The notes: generated from the letters alone by a model not told the origin. A DNA stretch of 64,000 nt from an uncultured Christensenella sp. (GCA_910586385.1 CAJUGX010000004.1:54862-118861), one strand, 5' to 3'; shown: positions 7,232 to 15,963, counted from the first letter of the stretch. Translations and numbers: made by a program.

Positions 7232-8866
7232 CTATTCAAGCGAAATGAGGTAGTAGTAAACTGGTTGTCCACCATTTGCCACAGTCACTTCGCAATCTGG
7301 ATATTTTTCAGCAAGTTTTGATTGAAGTGCTTCAGCTTCATCTTCTCTGATATCTTCACCATAGAAGAGTGTGATATTCATCACTGTGTCGCTCATAAGT
7401 GCTTCAACAAGTTTCTCTGTTGTCTCGCTTACGAGGCTTCCTTTTGCCAAAATTGCCTTGTCATCAAGTCCGATGATTTCACCTTTTGCAAGGTCAAATC
7501 CATCAACGTGAGTATCTCTGACAGCGTATGTCACAGAGCCAGAACGCACGCTTCGGATTGCTTCAAGCATTGCATTTTGGTTTTCTTCAACACTTGCATC
7601 TGGGTTGAATGCGATTGATGCCGCAATCCCCTCTGGGACGCTCTTTGTTGGGATGACAATGAGGTTTTTGTTTGTCACATCATTGGCTTGTTCTGCTGCC
7701 AAAACGATGTTTTTGTTGTTTGGGAAGACAAAGATATTTCTTGCAGGCACTTTTTCAGCAGCAGTTGCAATATCTTCCGCACTTGGATTCATAGTTTGAC
7801 CGCCAACAATGATTTGGTCAACAGTGAGCTCTTTGAAGATTTCTCCAAGTCCGTCACCAGGAGCAACAGCAATCATTCCGATTTCTTTTGTCTCTTCAAC
7901 GGCTTGAGCCTTCTTTTTGAGTTCTCTGTTCTGCTCTCTCATGTTTTCGATCTTGAGATTGAAGAGTTCGCCAAGTTCCAAAGCATAGCCAAGTGCTTTG
8001 TTTGGCTCATTTGTGTGTACATGCACCTTGACAAGTGACAAATCACCGATGCAAATGACAGAATCACCGATTTCCATGAGTCTTTCACGGAGTTTGTCGA
8101 TGTCAGCCTCGGTTGTCTTCTTGTGCATATTGATAATCATGTACTCTGTGCAATAACCAAACTCGATTTCACCCAAATTGTTGATATCAGCAATGACATC
8201 ATCAACCGTTTGAGGCTTTGTTTCGTCTTCGAAAGAGTATTCAAGATCCTCTTCACCATTGATGTAACGAGAAAATCCTGTGAAAATCACCAAAATACCG
8301 CGACCACCAGAGTCAACAACGCCAGCTTTCTTCAAAACTGGAAGCATTTCAGGTGTTTGTTTGAGGATTTCTTCCCCTGTTTCACATACTTTTCTGAGGA
8401 AAGTCTCAAAATCATCGTGTTTCTTTGCAAGTGCAACGGCATTTTCAGCCATGACACGGATGACTGTCAAAATTGTCCCCTCTTTTGGCTTTGTAACAGC
8501 CTTGTATGCTATGGTTGCACCCTCTTGCATAGCCTTTGCAAAGTCTTTTGTTGTCACCTCTTTGCAGTTTTTGGTGACTGAGCAGAAGCCTTTGAAAATC
8601 TGTGAGGTGATTACCCCACTGTTTCCTCTCGCACCTCTGAGTGCACCTTTTGAAAATGCTTCTGACAAAGAAACAAGGTCATTGTTCATGCACTTGTTTA
8701 TTTCTCCAACAGCAGATCTCATAGTCAAAAACATATTTGTCCCAGTGTCTCCGTCTGGAACAGGAAAAACGTTCAATGAGTCAACATACTCTTTATTTTG
8801 TTCAAGAAGACTTACTCCAGCAAGGACCATCTTGCGGAAGGTTGTCCCGTTTATTGCTTTTTGCAT
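7232..8866 (-). CDS. yloV: DAK2 domain fusion protein YloV
   Basis: The N-terminus LNVFPVPDGDTGTNMFLTM is the DhaL/DAK2 motif. About 544 aa, and follows yloU as in Bacillus. Confidence 0.88.
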   Translation of the reverse strand: MQKAINGTTFRKMVLAGVSLLEQNKEYVDSLNVFPVPDGDTGTNMFLTMRSAVGEINKCMNNDLVSLSEAFSKGALRGARGNSGVITSQIFKGFCSVTKNCKEVTTKDFAKAMQEGATIAYKAVTKPKEGTILTVIRVMAENAVALAKKHDDFETFLRKVCETGEEILKQTPEMLPVLKKAGVVDSGGRGILVIFTGFSRYINGEEDLEYSFEDETKPQTVDDVIADINNLGEIEFGYCTEYMIINMHKKTTEADIDKLRERLMEIGDSVICIGDLSLVKVHVHTNEPNKALGYALELGELFNLKIENMREQNRELKKKAQAVEETKEIGMIAVAPGDGLGEIFKELTVDQIIVGGQTMNPSAEDIATAAEKVPARNIFVFPNNKNIVLAAEQANDVTNKNLIVIPTKSVPEGIAASIAFNPDASVEENQNAMLEAIRSVRSGSVTYAVRDTHVDGFDLAKGEIIGLDDKAILAKGSLVSETTEKLVEALMSDTVMNITLFYGEDIREDEAEALQSKLAEKYPDCEVTVANGGQPVYYYLISLE

Positions 8867-8880
8867 CTTATGCTCCTATA

Positions 8881-9237
8881 TTATACACACACGCCAACGA
8901 CGTGAACATTCACTGTATCAACAATCATACCAGTAAAATTTTCGACACTATATTTAACAGATTTTTTAAGCGATTCAGCCACAGCACTGATAGATACACC
9001 ATACTTAAGAATACAGTGTATATCGATGAAAATTCGGTTGTCTATATGGCTGATAGTGACACCTTTGGAATACTTCTCTCTACGAAAAAGTTCCCTCGCA
9101 CTATCTCTAAAATTTTTTGAAACAAGGTCAACAACGCCATAACAGTCCAAAGCAACAAAACCAGCAACAGTGCGAATTGCATTGTCGCTGATTGAAATGT
9201 TTCCATAGTAGTTGTTTGTATCAACTGTCACGAGCAT
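8881..9237 (-). CDS. yloU: Asp23/Gls24 family envelope stress protein (YloU-like)
   Basis: ISISDNAIRTVAGFVALDCYGVV...VNVHVVGV is typical of Asp23. Start at ATG 9237 (AAGGGAG upstream) rather than the longer ORF-track start. Confidence 0.85.
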   Translation of the reverse strand: MLVTVDTNNYYGNISISDNAIRTVAGFVALDCYGVVDLVSKNFRDSARELFRREKYSKGVTISHIDNRIFIDIHCILKYGVSISAVAESLKKSVKYSVENFTGMIVDTVNVHVVGVCV

Positions 9238-9460
9238 CTCCCTTACATTTAGAATATATCGCATATATATAATACAACATAGGCTTTGGTTTTGACAAGC
9301 AAATTGCCACAAAATCAAAAATTTTTTGACACTTCTCAGGCCTTGTATAATAAATAATACTTCATTTGGCAAATTTGTATGATAAAGATGCTGTAAAATG
9401 GTTGATTTTTTGAAATTGATGTGCTATCATAAAGAGCAATTACTTAAAAGGAGAAAGACA

Positions 9461-9634
9461 ATGAGCAGAGTATGTGAAATTTGTGGAAAGGGCAAAATGG
9501 ACGGCAAAACAGTAAGCCATGCCAACAACAAGGCTCCAAGAAAATATAATGCAAACTTGCAAACAACTGAAATCAAAGGAAAGAAAGTAAGAGCTTGCAC
9601 AAAGTGCATCAAAACAGCAAAAAAAGCAAACTAA
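9461..9634 (+). CDS. rpmB: 50S ribosomal protein L28
   Basis: MSRVCEICGKGKMDGKTVSHANNKAPRKYNANLQ. AAAAGGAGA RBS. The ORF-track start at 9398 is too long. Confidence 0.95.
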   Translation: MSRVCEICGKGKMDGKTVSHANNKAPRKYNANLQTTEIKGKKVRACTKCIKTAKKAN

Positions 9635-9652
9635 TTTTTCGCTTTGAAGCAT

Positions 9653-9683
9653 AAGCGAGAGAGTTTTTCTCTCGCTTTTTTAT
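9653..9683. terminator. rho-independent terminator shared by rpmB and the convergent small ORF
   Basis: aagcgagag / ctctcgctt stem followed by a T-run. Confidence 0.75.
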
Positions 9684-9691
9684 TGTGTTTT

Positions 9692-9802
9692 CTAGTCCTC
9701 TTTTGTCCCCTTTTTCCTGTAGAAAGCCTTCAAAAATGGCACCATCCATCTTGGTGCTTTCACACATATGATTCGATAATTTTGTTTTCTTTCTTTTTCC
9801 AT
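9692..9802 (-). CDS. candidate SpoVM-like small sporulation peptide (36 aa)
   Basis: Below the ORF-track size cut-off. Translation is MEKERKQNYRIICVKAPRWMVPFLKAFYRKKGTKED. The segment VKAPRWMVPFLKAF parallels the B. subtilis SpoVM IKLPKFLGGIVRAM amphipathic helix, including the Pro, and the ORF lies next to rpmB as spoVM does in Bacillus. No SD is present, and CATAACAAT lies just upstream of the ATG. Confidence 0.35.
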   Translation of the reverse strand: MEKERKQNYRIICVKAPRWMVPFLKAFYRKKGTKED

Positions 9803-9875
9803 ATTTATTGTTATGACAAAAGAGAAAAACCTGTTACAATCTGCCGAGTAAAAAAATAAAACACCGATTCGGTGT

Positions 9876-11030
9876 TTATTTTTCTTGTTTTTGCCCCTTT
9901 CTACTCAGACAGCCGTTTACAATCACATACACAAATGCGATAAGCATAAACACTGAAAGAAAGACAATTTCCACAATATAAAATGGTTGTGCGTAAATTT
10001 TCTGACAGAAAATTATTGAAGCTGAAATTGCATATGCCACAGTTGTCGCTCCAATGCTTGACATGAAGACAATTGACAATTTCTCTCGATAATTTCTGAG
10101 CATGCCAAGGGATATTGTTGTAAGCATAAACATCATCATAAGTCTTGACACATCAAAAGCTTTCAAAGATTTGTCAAAATAAGAAATCTTGAAATACAAG
10201 AAGAGCGCAATGGCAACAGTCACAATTCTATACACAAGTGGAAGTTTGTTTGAGCCATGGATGCAATTGCAAGTCACAACAGCAACAATTGAACAAGCAA
10301 TTATTCCAAACACAAAAACCATGTTATACAAATTGATTGATGACCTATTGATTATGGTAGCAATGATTGTCGCCAAAATCATAAGCCAAGAAACAATATA
10401 GAAAGCGCAAATCGAAACATTTTTGAAAATCTGTTGATAGAAATTTACAAAAAGCATCGCACATGCAACGACTGTCATTGTATCATAAATATAAAACATT
10501 GAAATATTGATATTTTCAAGCTTGCAAAGCATGCAAACATAACAAGTAAGCGCAATGATTCCAATCAAAATGAAGTCTATATATTTTGCTTTTATTTTTT
10601 CAAAATTTGAAATGCAATAATAACATATAAACAAAATCATAGCCGAAACGATAATCAAGCCGGTGTTATTGTTGTGCAAAAAGTAAATCGCAAAGTCTGT
10701 AAAATATTTTATAAATGCCCAAAGAGCAACCCCACATGCAAGAATAAGAAACAAAAACGATAAGATTTGTTTTATCTGCGAATTTCTTTCAAAAACATCG
10801 CCATTTTTTTTGCTTCTCACAAAAGCATAAACAAACTTGTAAATTTCAAGAACTGCCCCCAAAAACAGAAGCAATGCGCTCACAAGCATGAAAGCTCTAC
10901 ATGAGTAAGTTGGTCTGAAAGAGGTGTTTTTGAAAAAGGTAATCAGAATGTTGTTGACAAAGAGACAAACTGTGGCAACAAAAGGCAAATAATTATACTT
11001 CTTTATCAAATTGTACAGTTTTTCAGCCAT
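9876..11030 (-). CDS. polytopic integral membrane protein (10 or more TM), function unknown
   Basis: 384 aa, almost entirely hydrophobic helices. Starts 1 nt after the stop of the upstream lipoprotein gene, so probably co-transcribed. Confidence 0.6.
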   Translation of the reverse strand: MAEKLYNLIKKYNYLPFVATVCLFVNNILITFFKNTSFRPTYSCRAFMLVSALLLFLGAVLEIYKFVYAFVRSKKNGDVFERNSQIKQILSFLFLILACGVALWAFIKYFTDFAIYFLHNNNTGLIIVSAMILFICYYCISNFEKIKAKYIDFILIGIIALTCYVCMLCKLENINISMFYIYDTMTVVACAMLFVNFYQQIFKNVSICAFYIVSWLMILATIIATIINRSSINLYNMVFVFGIIACSIVAVVTCNCIHGSNKLPLVYRIVTVAIALFLYFKISYFDKSLKAFDVSRLMMMFMLTTISLGMLRNYREKLSIVFMSSIGATTVAYAISASIIFCQKIYAQPFYIVEIVFLSVFMLIAFVYVIVNGCLSRKGQKQEK

Positions 11031-11031
11031 T

Positions 11032-12447
11032 TTAAGCCTCTGCTGTGATTGTGTGAGTTTTTACCAAGACTTCGCCATCTTGTCCAGGATAATAAACTTT
11101 AAGCTCGTCAGCAATTGCTCCGCTGTCAATAATTGTTGGAAGTGGAGCAGAAAGTGAAGAAAGTTCACCTGTGCCATTTATAAAGAACAATGTCATATCT
11201 TTTGGAGCATTCATATAGAGTGTTGAGTTGTAACCCCCAATCTTAATGTCATCCCCATAAGCCCAAATCAAAACTTCCATAGGAACTTGCCCTGGCAAAA
11301 CCTTAATATTGTGGTCATTGCAATATCTCACTCTGCGCTCATATGCACCTTCATATCCATCTGCCCATGCTGTACCTTTTTCATCGACACTAGTTGAAGG
11401 GTCATCAAGTCCCCATTTTGGATGTGGCTTAATCACAATGTTGTAATCTGGAAAATCTGCCATGATTTTGTTGAAGAATTTCTCAAAATCTTGTTCTTTA
11501 GTTCCGTTCTTGATATCTGCATCTACGCCTGAAAATTGCTCACTGGTCAAACTTGCTCCGCAAACAACAAGAGTTTTCTTTTGATTATCTTGTTTGATGA
11601 TTGGATCAATATAATCAACATCAAAAACCGCTTTCTTAAATTTTGTTTGATTCTCTGCTGAAAGAGCCCTATACATTTGTGTAAGACTTGACTTTTTGAA
11701 ATTAATATTGGCAAGCTTAAGTTTCATACTTTCACTTGAAGTTTCAAGAAGTTCTGGATATTGCATCATAACCTTGACATTATCTCTATATTCATAAGCA
11801 AAAGCATAAGAAAGTTTGTACCCTGAAGTGTATGTGGCTGCAGTAAAATCATAGTTTGGATTCGTCTTTGCCTGTTGAATCTCATTCCTTACATTTTGCA
11901 AATCATCTTCAAAAACCTCATTTCCATCTGTTCCGCCATAAATGCTCTTGAAATATGTGTAAGCAGCATTTCCATCTTCCACAAGATTGATTTTCCAATT
12001 TTCTTTTGGAATTTGATTTGTGATAAACATCTTGAATGCGAGTTTAACATTATAATCTGTGACATAAAGTGTAAATTTTGCTTTCTTATTTTTCAAATAA
12101 GTGTGAAGCACTTTGTTTGACATCTCTTCCAAAACAGTTGATGAAACACCAGAGGCATTAGGCTCATCCTTTCCCAAGAAATTGAAACCAAGTTGAGTTT
12201 CATCTGTGAATGTAAGTTTTCTGCTGTACCACATATCAGTGCTGTCCTTTGTGCCAAGAAGGTCAAGCGTAGACATAACGACTGGCACTGTCGCATTGGT
12301 GAGAACAAAGTTGTAATTTTTCTCTTCCCCCTTACCTTTTCCACAGCCAATCAAAGCAAATGGAAGTGTGAAAAGAACTGCTGTTGCAAGCGCACAAGAT
12401 TTGAAAAACAACTTGATTGCACTTGACTTTTTGTTTTGTGATTTCAT
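11032..12447 (-). CDS. lipoprotein with GT80 sialyltransferase-like motifs (putative sialyl- or trans-sialidase-type transferase)
   Basis: Lipobox LIGC. INLVEDGNAAY (cf. the PmST1 NLYDDGSMEY D/E-D/E-G motif), KTLVVCGAS, IKPHPKWG (HP motif), and PMEVLIWAYG..IGGYNSTLY, where Glu-to-Ser spacing is 17 residues as in PmST1 E338/S355. ATG 12447 follows GGAG (the ORF-track start at 12450 is TTG). Confidence 0.5.
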   Translation of the reverse strand: MKSQNKKSSAIKLFFKSCALATAVLFTLPFALIGCGKGKGEEKNYNFVLTNATVPVVMSTLDLLGTKDSTDMWYSRKLTFTDETQLGFNFLGKDEPNASGVSSTVLEEMSNKVLHTYLKNKKAKFTLYVTDYNVKLAFKMFITNQIPKENWKINLVEDGNAAYTYFKSIYGGTDGNEVFEDDLQNVRNEIQQAKTNPNYDFTAATYTSGYKLSYAFAYEYRDNVKVMMQYPELLETSSESMKLKLANINFKKSSLTQMYRALSAENQTKFKKAVFDVDYIDPIIKQDNQKKTLVVCGASLTSEQFSGVDADIKNGTKEQDFEKFFNKIMADFPDYNIVIKPHPKWGLDDPSTSVDEKGTAWADGYEGAYERRVRYCNDHNIKVLPGQVPMEVLIWAYGDDIKIGGYNSTLYMNAPKDMTLFFINGTGELSSLSAPLPTIIDSGAIADELKVYYPGQDGEVLVKTHTITAEA

Positions 12448-12489
12448 CAATTTTCTCCTTTTCTTTTTGTTAGTACAAGTTTAACACTT

Positions 12490-12498
12490 CCCCCCCCC
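12490..12498. repeat. C9 (G9 on the coding strand) homopolymer tract inside the promoter spacer of the 12447..9876 operon
   Basis: Minus strand reads TTGACA(12507-12502)-aac-GGGGGGGGG-aagtgt-TAAACT(12483-12478), an 18-nt spacer. Confidence 0.9.
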
Positions 12499-12601
12499 GT
12501 TTGTCAAATCATTTCCCCACTTTATTACATTCTTTACGCTTAAAAATCAAAATAGAAAAAGGATGCACAGACAGCATCCTTTTATATCTAGAAATGAGAT
12601 A

Positions 12602-13486
12602 TTACAACCCTTCACATGCTTTTTTGCCGGCAATTGCTCCGTCATTGCATGCAGTGACAATTTGTTTCATCACCCCAGCACGGACATCTCCAACAGCATA
12701 AACCCCCTTGATTGATGTCTGCATATTCTCATCAGTTTTGACAAATCCAAGGGCATCTTTTTCAATAGTTTCTCCAAAAATCTCAACCTTTGGGACTCTC
12801 CCAAGAGCCACAAAAACCGCACTCGCTTCAAGCACTTTTTTCTTACCTTCAATCAGACATTCGACGCCTTCAACGCCCGTTTTTCCGAGCACTTTTTGCA
12901 CCTTAACATTCGACAAAACTTCCATATTTAGGACGGCATTCGCCTTTGCAAAAACGGACATATCGCCCTCGTCCAAAACCAAAACTTTTGAAACTATGCC
13001 AGAGAGATACTTTGCATCTTTGATTCCACTTCCGTTTCGGCTGACAACACAAACTAGCTGTCCTTTGAAGAAGTTTGCATCGCAAACTGCACAATATGAG
13101 ACTCCTCTTCCCAAAAACTCATTTTCATTTTTGCCAAGGTCTTTATAGGCAAGCCCAGTGGCAATAATCACTCTTTTTGCGTTGTAATTTGCCAAATTGC
13201 CCTTCAAAACCTTCAAATTCCCCTCTAAATTGGCAGAAATGATGTCGTCGTATATAATTTCGACCTCGAGTGCTTTCACCTGTTTTGCAAACATCTCGGT
13301 CAAGGTGCCACCATCAATCTCCTCTTGCGAAGGAAAGTTTTTGATTTTGTTGAGCGTTGCAACTGTGCCGCCAAGAGCCATCTTCTCAATGACAGCCACA
13401 TCTTTTCCACTGCGTTTTGCATAGACCGCCGCACTCATCCCAGCGACCCCGCCACCGACAATCAAAACATCATATATTTTTTCCAT
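12602..13486 (-). CDS. trxB: thioredoxin-disulfide reductase-like FAD/NAD(P) oxidoreductase
   Basis: YDVLIVGGGVAGMSAA (FAD GxGxxG), the redox-active CAVCD motif, and a C-terminal GVYAVGDV motif. Confidence 0.8.
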   Translation of the reverse strand: MEKIYDVLIVGGGVAGMSAAVYAKRSGKDVAVIEKMALGGTVATLNKIKNFPSQEEIDGGTLTEMFAKQVKALEVEIIYDDIISANLEGNLKVLKGNLANYNAKRVIIATGLAYKDLGKNENEFLGRGVSYCAVCDANFFKGQLVCVVSRNGSGIKDAKYLSGIVSKVLVLDEGDMSVFAKANAVLNMEVLSNVKVQKVLGKTGVEGVECLIEGKKKVLEASAVFVALGRVPKVEIFGETIEKDALGFVKTDENMQTSIKGVYAVGDVRAGVMKQIVTACNDGAIAGKKACEGL

Positions 13487-13513
13487 ACAATCAACTCCTT
13501 ACCAAACTTAAAC

Positions 13514-14005
13514 TCACTTGTTTCTATAATCAAAGTTGACAGATTTGTTATAGAATTCTTTGGATTTGAAAAGGTCAATATTCCCCTTTGTACCCAAGAA
13601 AAGGTTTTCTGGCAGATTGTCCAAATCAAAGAATTTCAACTCTCCGCATTTCTCAGGCTCCATGTTTTTTATTTCACCACTGAAATCAGAAATAAGAAGT
13701 CCAATTTGATAAAACAATATACTCTCACTTGACTGCGTTGTGAAAAGGTTTATCACCTTCATATCTTCCAATTTTACATCAACATCAATCTCTTCCTTCA
13801 TTTCTCTTTGCATGGTTTGTTCTATACTTTCCCCACATCTTGCCTTTCCACCAATAAGCCCCCAGTTTCCAGAACCACCACGGTTTCCAATCCTAAGCCC
13901 CAGAAGGATTTTGTTGTCCTTAACAATGAGCGCATTGATACCAACAGGGATCTCATTTTTGTTTATTTCCAAAACGTGCATATTGTCTGCCACAACTTCC
14001 TCCAT
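13514..14005 (-). CDS. NUDIX hydrolase
   Basis: Nudix box GGKARCGESIEQTMQREMKEEIDV (GX5EX7REUXEEXGU). Confidence 0.8.
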   Translation of the reverse strand: MEEVVADNMHVLEINKNEIPVGINALIVKDNKILLGLRIGNRGGSGNWGLIGGKARCGESIEQTMQREMKEEIDVDVKLEDMKVINLFTTQSSESILFYQIGLLISDFSGEIKNMEPEKCGELKFFDLDNLPENLFLGTKGNIDLFKSKEFYNKSVNFDYRNK

Positions 14006-14270
14006 ATGAGTTTATTTTATCATGTTTTTGCCCAAAATCAAAAAGAAACTACTTAAAAAGCAGTTTCTTTATCAAAACTATCTCAAACTTTCGCTCTCAA
14101 GTACCCATCCTGATTCTACGATTTTCGAATCTATCTCTTAAGACCCGCGGATATATAACAAAATATAATCAAAAAACCAAATCACCTCCCTCAAGCAATA
14201 AAAAATTTCCATTTGGGGAAACTTTTTGAATATTTTTTAGATTTTATTTCCTTTTTGAGCAATTTTGGTG

Positions 14271-14299
14271 TTGACAAGCCTCTTTTCAAACACTATACT
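14271..14299 (+). promoter_or_regulatory. sigma-A-type promoter of the 14317 gene
   Basis: TTGACA (14271-14276), 17 nt spacer, TATACT (14294-14299). Confidence 0.55.
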
Positions 14300-14316
14300 T
14301 GTGATAGGAGAAAACA

Positions 14317-15963
14317 ATGGACAAATACCTTTCAGTAAAAGAAACAGCAGAGATTTTAGGAATAACTGCAAGACAAGTCAGAAATCTTTGCCACAACGGA
14401 AAAATTCCAAACGCAATCAAAATCGGGAAGTCTTATGCAATCCCTTCCGACTTTAAATTCAAAAATAAGACAGTTGAGACTTTGAAAGAGAAATTTGAAA
14501 AAGAACGTGGTCTTCAGGGCTTGAAGTACAACTATATTATTGTACATGGCACTTTTGGACACCCTGGAGAGAACTGGTTCCCTTGGCTTGCAGAAGAACT
14601 TTGCAAACTTGATTTAAGCGGGAAAACACAAAAAGAGGACATTCTTATTCCTCATTTTCCATCATCAGATTGTGCCGATTACGAATCTTGGAAAAGTATT
14701 CTTATGGGATATATAGACAGCGGAATAATCAACAAAAATACCATCTTCGTCTGTCACTCTCTTGGACCATTGTTTGTTTCAAAAGTTTTGATTGAAGAAC
14801 AAGTCAAGGTCAAAGGGCTTATTTCGGTTGAAGCGGCAGCAAATCATCTTATGGGAAATCCAGCATTTGACAAAATCAACAGCACATTTTTCGTTCCTTC
14901 ATGGGAATATCTTGAAAATGTCAAAAAATATATTGATTTCAACTATTGTTTCTACACCGACAATGACCCACATATCCCATATAATATTCTCTCTACCTAT
15001 GTGAAACATGCCGCAACAAAAGCATTTTTCATCCCAAATGCAGGACACTTCAACAGTATGTCAGGCTACACAAAATTTCCACAATTGCTTGAATTGATTC
15101 GAGACATAGAAATCAATTCTCCAATTCAAGAAAAAAAGATCGAAGGCATTGCACCAAATGGGCAATGGGATAAAGAGTTGTCTCATCAATGGACAAATAT
15201 GACTTGGCCTAATCGTCCTTCTGTAAGCGAACTAGCAATATACACAAAAGCACTCCGCAGGCACGAAAAAGAAAACTCTGGAAGAGATTGCCTAATCATG
15301 GGTTCAAATGTAGAATTCAGAGACTGGGCATATGAGGAAAACCTTAATGTGTCACTCATGAACAACAATGAAGAATATCATCTTGCCACCTATCGTGAAT
15401 TAAGACATAAAAAGGCACCTTATAAACTCATTCTTGATGACTGGAAAAAAATTGATTTCGATGAAAAATTTGACTTCATTGTTGGAGATGAACTTATAGG
15501 GAATCTTGAAACTCCAAACATAGAAGCATTTCTTTCAAAAGTTGCGAAATCTCTTAAAAAAGGCGGGCTGTTTTTGTCAAAATCAATATACTTGCCAAGA
15601 AATTACAAAATCAAATCCGTAAGAGAAATTTTTGCAGATTACTACAAAAATGGCAAAGGTTCAAACCCCCTTGCTTATTGTGAGTTCGATTTGACAATGA
15701 ATTGCTTAAATGACAAAAACATTGTTTCCTTCGAACAACTCAACACCATCATTCAACAATCATATAATCAAAACATAATAACACAAGAAACCTATGAATT
15801 TTTGAATGATATTGGAATTGATAATATGAAGTTCAACTTTTTTGTGCCATATTTGGATGATTACGAAAAAATAGTCAGCAAATATTTCAATATTGTTGAA
15901 AAATGTTACACCGATGATGTCGGCGCAAAAGATTACCCGATATATATACTTGAGAAAAAATAA
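14317..15963 (+). CDS. three-domain fusion: excisionase/MerR-type HTH, then YdeN/RBBP9-like serine hydrolase, then a methyltransferase-like Rossmann domain
   Basis: N-terminus LSVKETAEILGITARQVRNLCHNGKIPNAIKIGKSYAIP (HTH_17-like). The middle has IIVHGTFGHPGENWFPWL...VCHSLGP (a GxSxG-like nucleophile elbow). The C-terminus has CLIMGSNVEFRDWA...FDFIVGDELIGNL...LKKGGLFLSKS (class I MTase-like motif order). Confidence 0.6.
   Translation: MDKYLSVKETAEILGITARQVRNLCHNGKIPNAIKIGKSYAIPSDFKFKNKTVETLKEKFEKERGLQGLKYNYIIVHGTFGHPGENWFPWLAEELCKLDLSGKTQKEDILIPHFPSSDCADYESWKSILMGYIDSGIINKNTIFVCHSLGPLFVSKVLIEEQVKVKGLISVEAAANHLMGNPAFDKINSTFFVPSWEYLENVKKYIDFNYCFYTDNDPHIPYNILSTYVKHAATKAFFIPNAGHFNSMSGYTKFPQLLELIRDIEINSPIQEKKIEGIAPNGQWDKELSHQWTNMTWPNRPSVSELAIYTKALRRHEKENSGRDCLIMGSNVEFRDWAYEENLNVSLMNNNEEYHLATYRELRHKKAPYKLILDDWKKIDFDEKFDFIVGDELIGNLETPNIEAFLSKVAKSLKKGGLFLSKSIYLPRNYKIKSVREIFADYYKNGKGSNPLAYCEFDLTMNCLNDKNIVSFEQLNTIIQQSYNQNIITQETYEFLNDIGIDNMKFNFFVPYLDDYEKIVSKYFNIVEKCYTDDVGAKDYPIYILEKK

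Noticed and set aside
8280-8936. 218-aa plus-strand ORF
   Set aside because: It is antisense to yloV/yloU. No motif or RBS, so a typical shadow ORF.
9644-9859. 71-aa plus-strand ORF after rpmB
   Set aside because: It starts inside the rpmB terminator hairpin and has no RBS. The opposite strand carries the more plausible SpoVM-like 36-codon ORF.
14100-14160. tRNA-like fragment (gattttcgaatc resembles a T-arm)
   Set aside because: No acceptor or anticodon stems can be paired around it, so it is probably a chance resemblance.
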